Positions 39,081-44,830 of a stretch of 64,000 bases of DNA are shown piece by piece. How positions within the stretch are numbered: the stretch's first letter is position 1; the number at the start of each line of letters is the position of its first letter. The stretch is from Alphaproteobacteria bacterium (GTDB lineage: Bacteria; Pseudomonadota; Alphaproteobacteria; UBA6615): assembly GCA_002722515.1 (NCBI GenBank), contig PBMH01000047.1, positions 2,671 through 66,670 on the forward strand, given 5' to 3'. A program made the translations under genes and the position numbers. Under the pieces are notes generated by a model. It saw nothing but the letters and a program-made list of their open reading frames with translations, was not told the origin of the DNA and did no database searches.

Positions 39081-39857
39081 TCAGTTCGAACCTGCTTTCG
39101 GGTCTCTAATCACACCGATTCGATTGAGCAGGAAGGATTCGCAATATTCCTGAGTGTCGACCAGCACCCCATCCTGCAGCCGCTGCAGCTGGTGTAGCAG
39201 AAACATCAGGACGATACTGATCAGGAGGGCAACGAAGGTGGAGTTGAAGGCCACCCCAAGGCTCTCAGTCATGCCAGATATATCACCCGCAAGCGCTTGG
39301 TCGGCTTGGGATAGCGCCTCGCCTATGCCACGCACAGTGCCGATGAAGCCGATCGCCGGGATCGCCCAGATCAGGTAGCGGATCAGAGAATTCTCGGCCT
39401 CCTGCTTCTGTGCTAGCGCATCTACACTCGCCTCGATTGTCTCAGACGTGCTGTGCACGTCGCCAGTGATTAAGAAGCGCCGCAGGCTCGCGGTCAGGGT
39501 ACGAAGTAGGTGCGCCCTACGAATTTTGTTCGGCAATGCCTCCAGAGTAGCCAAGGTCGCGGTCATGTCTTTGCCCTCGGCTCCATCAAGGAGATCGACA
39601 TTGAACAGATAACGCTCCCTCAGGAGCGCCAAACTTTTCTCAAAGATAAGGTATAGCCCCCAGAACATCAGGATGATCGAGATCTCCTGTTCCCAGTCCT
39701 TAAGGATTACCACTATGTTACGCGGCGCGCTCTGAGCAGCCGCTCGGGAAGCTTCGATCAGCGCAGTCGATTCCGGCCAGACATAGCCAACATAAAAAAT
39801 GTGCACAACGATGATCGAGACGATCAACGCGAGGGCATTCTTGGCGGCTTCAGGCAT
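39081..39857 (-). CDS. MotA/TolQ/ExbB-family proton channel protein (system gene E)
   Basis: 258 aa with three or more TM segments. The C-terminal 'WAIPAIGFIGTVRGIGEAL ... GVAFNSTFVALLISIVLMFL' matches the MotA_ExbB channel core pattern. Confidence 0.8.
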   Translation of the reverse strand: MPEAAKNALALIVSIIVVHIFYVGYVWPESTALIEASRAAAQSAPRNIVVILKDWEQEISIILMFWGLYLIFEKSLALLRERYLFNVDLLDGAEGKDMTATLATLEALPNKIRRAHLLRTLTASLRRFLITGDVHSTSETIEASVDALAQKQEAENSLIRYLIWAIPAIGFIGTVRGIGEALSQADQALAGDISGMTESLGVAFNSTFVALLISIVLMFLLHQLQRLQDGVLVDTQEYCESFLLNRIGVIRDPKAGSN

Positions 39858-39885
39858 TATGTGATCCCTGTTTTTGGCGTGGCGG

Positions 39886-40059
39886 CTAAATGTCGACCGG
39901 GAAGGAGACGGGAGAATTCAGGCTTAGTGAGATTGAGGACTGAGCATAAGCGACCCCGAGAACTCCCAATGCTGCAGCGAGGGCCACGAATATTACCAGC
40001 GCGCGACGGCCGCGAGGCGACCAATTATTTAATTCTCTATTCTGGCGTGATTTCGCCAT
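39886..40059 (-). CDS. Small (57 aa) signal-peptide/TM protein, not listed as its own ORF in the track (system small ORF)
   Basis: 'MAKSRQNRELNNWSPRGRRALVIFVALAAALGVLGVAYAQSSISLSLNSPVSFPVDI'. The ATG at 40059 is preceded by GGGAGA at 7-nt spacing. The ORF fills the only sizeable gap in the operon, and its basic-hydrophobic-AxA pattern is signal-peptide-like. Confidence 0.5.
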   Translation of the reverse strand: MAKSRQNRELNNWSPRGRRALVIFVALAAALGVLGVAYAQSSISLSLNSPVSFPVDI

Positions 40060-42079
40060 GCAGATATCTCCCGATTCTGAAACCAACATCGTCGCGCTCG
40101 TTAGATACTCCGTCTCGGTAGGCTGCACGTAGCGTCGACCGGTTGCCCGACCGCCAACTCGATCCTCGTACCACATGAGAATCGCCAAAGGCGGGACCGA
40201 GCGGATCACGCACAACAACACCCTTCGCCGGCGGCTTCAACGAATACCAGTCATGGACCCACTCGCTGACATTTCCTGTTAGGTCGAAAAGACCCGATGC
40301 CTCAGCCGCAAAACGCCCGACCGGAGCAATCCGTGCATATCCGTCATTGTAGTTGGGGACGAAACTACGGACTAAGCCGTTGGCGGATTCATCCGCAATA
40401 TTGCCCGTGCCGAGCTGCACCGTCGCCACGTTACCCCACGGGAAGATGGTGCGAACCGGACGTCCAGCCTTTCGGGCGAGCCATTCCCATTCGGCCTCAC
40501 TCAACAGCCGGTAGCCGTCTGCGCGCGGGTTGATCCCGCGCATCCGACCACCTGCAAGATCATAAAAGGGCACGAGCCCTTCTTTTGTGCTCAACCAATT
40601 GGCGAATGTCGCAGCATCTTGCCAACTTACCCCGCTCACAGCGTGGTCCGGAGGGCCTCCGCGACCACCTCGAAACAACGCCACCTGTCCGTTGGTCGTC
40701 TCATGCTTTGCGGCATAGAACGGACGTGTCAACCAAACATGACGCTCGAACTCGTTAGCCCGCTGGCCAATCTCGTGGCGCGGTGCACCCATGACGAATT
40801 TATCGTTGGGCTCGAACAGCACGAGCTCCATACCTATGCTGTTGGTGTAGACGCGCGGGGCCTCGGCGAGCAGGACCGTCGCCTCGGGAAGCAACGTCTC
40901 ACGAATTGCCAACGGACGGGTAGACGACGGCACCACGTTCCGGATGATTTCTCTATAGCCGTCCCGGCGTAATTCGATCTTTACGGGTACCGCAGGCAGC
41001 TCGAGTGTTGCGCTTCCTTTGCCCTGCAGTCTGTTATCTACATAAATCTCCGCCGCCGGATCAGTCACAATCTCAACCAACCCAAGGTCCACAGCAAGCC
41101 CCAGTCTTATAGTTCTCACCTCGTCTGGATGGAGCTGCACCGTCAGGGTTTTACCCTTATAACCATCAAGCAGATACACGATCGTGTGGTCCGTTGAGGC
41201 GCTAACCTGATAAGCTTTTTCCGGGTCCACCCGGCGTCCATCAACCAGCAATTCACCACCCGACGGCGCAACATCAAACTGCAGCGTCGCCGCGAAGGGC
41301 AGCAGTCGATAATCGCGCGCCACATTCGGCTGATCGTTGGTGATCCGAACCACATCCCCCAATGTTTTCCGGCCCGGCGCAGTGACCGTAACACTATATT
41401 CACCACCATCTAGACTACGGTTGAGTGGCGTAGTTCCGGCATCCACACCTGCGATCTTTACCGCTGCGCCAGCCGGTTGTGAGACGACCGTCAGTTGCCC
41501 AACGACCGGCGTCAACGCAATCGCGACCTCGGTCGTTTCGCCCCGAACCAGTTCAACCGTCCGGCTGACCGGGATGAAAAACGGATGGTCAACCGTCACG
41601 TCGTGTGAGCCAGCTTGACCCTTCACATCGAGCATCGGGCCGACCATGATACGTCGTCCGTCGAACGACCAGCGGCTGTCATCACGTGGCGGCAGTGTCC
41701 TCGCAAGAACCCGACCGGGCAGCGGCATGAGAGTCACAGTGACCCGCCGCCCTCTTTCCTCGGGCAAAATGGTACGTCGGATCTCCTTAAACCCCGGTGC
41801 CGAGATCCGCAGCAACGGTGTCCGGGAGATGGTGTATACCGCGTCGCCTACTGTCACACCGATGCCCTCCGCGAGCACTATCTTGCTCGCCGGTTCGGCC
41901 TCGGGCGGTAGTATCGTCACTCGGATCGCATTGGTCGAGGGAAGAACCAACGCGACAGCCGCTACCGCCACCAACAAAACGACCAAAGCGATGATATAAA
42001 GCCGCACTTGGCGTGCGCGCGCGGTGCGCAGACCTTTCTCAAACTCAAGCTCGGGCTCAAATTCGTTCATTTGGAACAA
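40037..42079 (-). CDS. TM-anchored PEGA-repeat protein with a C-terminal FGE-sulfatase (SUMF1/EgtB/PvdO-type) domain (system gene D)
   Basis: TM helix 'LYIIALVVLLVAVAAVALVL' and four or five PEGA-like beta-sandwich repeats (for example 'LTVVSQPAGAAVKIAGVDAGTTPL...GEYSVTVTAPG'). The C-terminal domain shows 'GVSWQDAATFANWLS...GYRLLSEAEWEW...TGNVSEWVHDWY...VVRGSSW...DVGFRIGR'. An alternative start is the ATG at 42070. Confidence 0.8.
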   Translation of the reverse strand: MFQMNEFEPELEFEKGLRTARARQVRLYIIALVVLLVAVAAVALVLPSTNAIRVTILPPEAEPASKIVLAEGIGVTVGDAVYTISRTPLLRISAPGFKEIRRTILPEERGRRVTVTLMPLPGRVLARTLPPRDDSRWSFDGRRIMVGPMLDVKGQAGSHDVTVDHPFFIPVSRTVELVRGETTEVAIALTPVVGQLTVVSQPAGAAVKIAGVDAGTTPLNRSLDGGEYSVTVTAPGRKTLGDVVRITNDQPNVARDYRLLPFAATLQFDVAPSGGELLVDGRRVDPEKAYQVSASTDHTIVYLLDGYKGKTLTVQLHPDEVRTIRLGLAVDLGLVEIVTDPAAEIYVDNRLQGKGSATLELPAVPVKIELRRDGYREIIRNVVPSSTRPLAIRETLLPEATVLLAEAPRVYTNSIGMELVLFEPNDKFVMGAPRHEIGQRANEFERHVWLTRPFYAAKHETTNGQVALFRGGRGGPPDHAVSGVSWQDAATFANWLSTKEGLVPFYDLAGGRMRGINPRADGYRLLSEAEWEWLARKAGRPVRTIFPWGNVATVQLGTGNIADESANGLVRSFVPNYNDGYARIAPVGRFAAEASGLFDLTGNVSEWVHDWYSLKPPAKGVVVRDPLGPAFGDSHVVRGSSWRSGNRSTLRAAYRDGVSNERDDVGFRIGRYLHGEITPE

Positions 42080-43556
42080 TCTCCAGTACCAAGTCTGTCC
42101 GCCCCGGGGCGATGTCGATACGGATCAAAATCGCCTGAAACCCTGCACGAATACCCTCAAATGTGTAACGCCCCGGTCGTAACTCGATGGTCCTGTCGGT
42201 CACAAAGCCAACAATGCCCACCCCGCGCACGGTGATGTTAGTCACTCCATCCGACAAGATCCGTACCGGAACTTTAACGGCATAAGCTTTCACAAGGGTC
42301 GCAAGTTCATCGGCCCGGGCCGCAAGGCGCGGACTAAACTCGCGATACTCGGCAACCGCTGATACAATTGCGCTAGCATCTTTGGAAACCGCTGCGGAGG
42401 CTAGCCGTTCGGGCGCGGCCAGGTGCCGGCCGGTGCGCGCATCGAGACCATTTATCGACTGAGCACGGGCCAGTTCGTCAGCAATCATACGTCCAGCCGG
42501 GGTAAGGCGCCGGGCCTTCACATATGCCTGTTCCGCTGCACGCCAATCATCAACCTGCGCAGCCGCACGCGCGGTTTCGATCAGTCGCTCGATCATCAGT
42601 TCGACCTGTAATGCTGCAATCTTTTCGTCCAATACACCTATCTCGGTGCGACCGGCATAGATAGCGCGAGCCGCCGCCAAGCTGCGCCGGGCCGCCACAA
42701 GATCGCGCCCGTCCACTCGTTTCAGGCCATCCGCGATATGCCGGGTAAACTTCTCCTCACCAATCAGGCGGCGTACCTCATCCGCTCTCTGCACCAATCC
42801 CATCCGCGCGGGATCGATATTGAGGGCCTCCGCGAGATGACTTGCCTCGGCGGTGAGGTTGTTCTCGACCCGTGCAACGGCGGCCGCCGCAATTTTCTTT
42901 AGAAGCGCTGGTAACGCATCGATACGTATCTTTAAGGCTGCCGCAGGTTTGGATTCGGGCCGTAGGTCGAGGGCGCGGTCAATTGCCAGCGAGGCACTGT
43001 CATAATTATCCTCCGCGAAAGCTGCGTCCGCCGCTGCGAACGCATCACCAAACGCCCTATCGCGCTCGGCCAAAACCGTCTCGGCATCCTCTCGCACAGC
43101 CGCAAGTGCGGTTGTCGCTTCGCTATAGGATCCCGAGCTAAACAGGAAGATCGCCTGATCCTTAGCATCAAGAATCCTGAGCTGGGAAACGGGATCCCAG
43201 CTAGCGAAATTATTATGGACTATGCGCGGTTCTATCTCCGCCTGAAAAGCGGCTAGACCGACCTTAAATACCGCACGAGCCGATTCTTTCGTAGCAGTAT
43301 TGGTGAGGTTCTGCACAGAAACCAACGGATCAGGGATGACCGGTGGCACGGGCGTCAAACCCATTATAGGAGTTTTTGGCGTCTTGGACATGCCTTCCGC
43401 CACGGGCATGGAATCCGGCCGGAGGAACTCGCGAATAACAAGGATCCCAGTATAGGCCAATACCAGAACCGCCAAACCCAAGGCTATGCCAATTGTGAGC
43501 TGCAAACGGCGGTGTCGAACCGCTCGGCCTTCCTGTTCTAACTTGTCTTTCAGCAT
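42057..43556 (-). CDS. TM-anchored helical-repeat (TPR-like) protein with a C-terminal PEGA-like beta-sandwich (system gene C)
   Basis: TM helix 'LTIGIALGLAVLVLAYTGILVI' and an Ala-rich helical region with TPR-like units ('DNYDSASLAIDRALDLRP', 'DDWRAAEQAYVKARRLTP'). The C-terminus reads 'VPVRILSDGVTNITVRGVG...LRPGRYTFEGIRAGF'. Confidence 0.6.
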   Translation of the reverse strand: MLKDKLEQEGRAVRHRRLQLTIGIALGLAVLVLAYTGILVIREFLRPDSMPVAEGMSKTPKTPIMGLTPVPPVIPDPLVSVQNLTNTATKESARAVFKVGLAAFQAEIEPRIVHNNFASWDPVSQLRILDAKDQAIFLFSSGSYSEATTALAAVREDAETVLAERDRAFGDAFAAADAAFAEDNYDSASLAIDRALDLRPESKPAAALKIRIDALPALLKKIAAAAVARVENNLTAEASHLAEALNIDPARMGLVQRADEVRRLIGEEKFTRHIADGLKRVDGRDLVAARRSLAAARAIYAGRTEIGVLDEKIAALQVELMIERLIETARAAAQVDDWRAAEQAYVKARRLTPAGRMIADELARAQSINGLDARTGRHLAAPERLASAAVSKDASAIVSAVAEYREFSPRLAARADELATLVKAYAVKVPVRILSDGVTNITVRGVGIVGFVTDRTIELRPGRYTFEGIRAGFQAILIRIDIAPGRTDLVLEIVPNERI

Positions 43557-43570
43557 AGGCGTTGAGTGGT

Positions 43571-44809
43571 CTAGAGCTTGACGTTAGGGGTACGTTCTTC
43601 CTCGAAGACTCTTTGCAGGAAGGCTCGCCACTGTGCGAACTGCTCCTTGGCTGTACCGGTTAACTCGACGGTCTTCTCTTCAAACGCCACCACCCGTGGC
43701 GCAAGATCGATGTCGATCGACTGACCAAGCTCCTCAAGCGCTTCGCGATGGACTTCAGCTTCCTTGCTAGTTTGGAAGCTATTCGACAGCAGGGTCGCAC
43801 CGACCGTGCCAGCAACCACGCCGCCAGTCAGGCCAGCAGTCTGTCCAGCATACGAACCCGAATTAGCTCCAGCAATAATAGCCAACACACCCAAGCCGAT
43901 TGTTAATGCACCGAGAACTGCCTCACCGACAGCCTCCTCATTGGCCTCCCGGCGTGCTTCAACTTCCAATAGGCTCTGTTCCTGCCAAATCAGGTAGCTG
44001 TCCTGCATCTCAACGCTGAACGCTCGGTAGTGCTCCTGCAAACCGTCCACGAACAACTGATCTCGTACCCGAACAGCCCTTGTGCGCTCCAGCATCGGAT
44101 CGCTATCACTGGGAAAGCTCAACAGAGAGACCGTATTTCGTCCCGCCTTGAGATGCTCCGCGAACGCCTCCTCGGTGAAGTTTGAGCCGAACCGCAGTTC
44201 AGTTAGACGGCTCAAATTGTTCAGCTCGGCGATCGAATAATCATCCAACTCTAGGGCCACGCGGTTTGCAGCCTCCTCGAACACCGGGTCATAGGGGTCC
44301 ACCCCCTCATTGCGCGTGTTCTTGTGAAATCCTGATGACACCGAGTGATCGAAATCACGAACGAACCAGCGCGTGCCGGAAATATCGGTAACTTCGATCC
44401 TAATCTCGACGTCCCCGCCGTTAGATTCGAGTATCTCTCCCTCCACATACAAGTCGCCTGTGGCGCTGGCATCCGGGGTCACACGCACCGCCCCGAAGGC
44501 ACCGGTCTTCTCCAGCGCCTCCTTAAGCTTAAGCGCGAAACGGTTCGCCTCGGCCCGGCGCAACTCCGGCCAGACGCCCTCTTCCTCATAGCTTTGCCCT
44601 GCATCCGAGAGACCGGGATCAAACACGGGCACGACCACATCCAGGCGCGGCTTCGCCGGATCAACCCGCGCCTTACCCTTGGGGTCGAAAAGGGACGATA
44701 ACTGCGGTCCGACGCTCGGGCCGGGCCCGGTTCCGTTCGTCACGCAGCCCGTCAGTATGAAGCAGGCGCAAAGAGTATAGACGCCGATCTTGCGAAGTAA
44801 CGATTGCAT
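43571..44809 (-). CDS. Lipoprotein with a C-terminal glycine-zipper segment (system gene B)
   Basis: Lipobox 'ILTGC' at residues 18-22 and the Gly-zipper 'GALTIGLGVLAIIAGANSGSYAGQTAGLTGGVVAGTVGA'. I recognise no catalytic motif. Confidence 0.6.
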   Translation of the reverse strand: MQSLLRKIGVYTLCACFILTGCVTNGTGPGPSVGPQLSSLFDPKGKARVDPAKPRLDVVVPVFDPGLSDAGQSYEEEGVWPELRRAEANRFALKLKEALEKTGAFGAVRVTPDASATGDLYVEGEILESNGGDVEIRIEVTDISGTRWFVRDFDHSVSSGFHKNTRNEGVDPYDPVFEEAANRVALELDDYSIAELNNLSRLTELRFGSNFTEEAFAEHLKAGRNTVSLLSFPSDSDPMLERTRAVRVRDQLFVDGLQEHYRAFSVEMQDSYLIWQEQSLLEVEARREANEEAVGEAVLGALTIGLGVLAIIAGANSGSYAGQTAGLTGGVVAGTVGATLLSNSFQTSKEAEVHREALEELGQSIDIDLAPRVVAFEEKTVELTGTAKEQFAQWRAFLQRVFEEERTPNVKL

Positions 44810-44830
44810 GTTTATCTCCGTCGATCCGGC

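Noticed and set aside
39078-39090. Programmed -1 frameshift fusing the MotA-like protein to the second vWA protein. The two frames are offset by one nucleotide at the TGA.
   Set aside because: There is no slippery X-XXY-YYZ heptamer at TCG-AAC-TGA and no obvious downstream structure. Reinitiation on CTG or an indel is the simpler explanation.
40037-40849. Annotating gene D as a genuine formylglycine-generating enzyme or sulfatase maturase.
   Set aside because: The protein has no cysteine at all, so the catalytic Cys pair is missing. No sulfatase gene is nearby.
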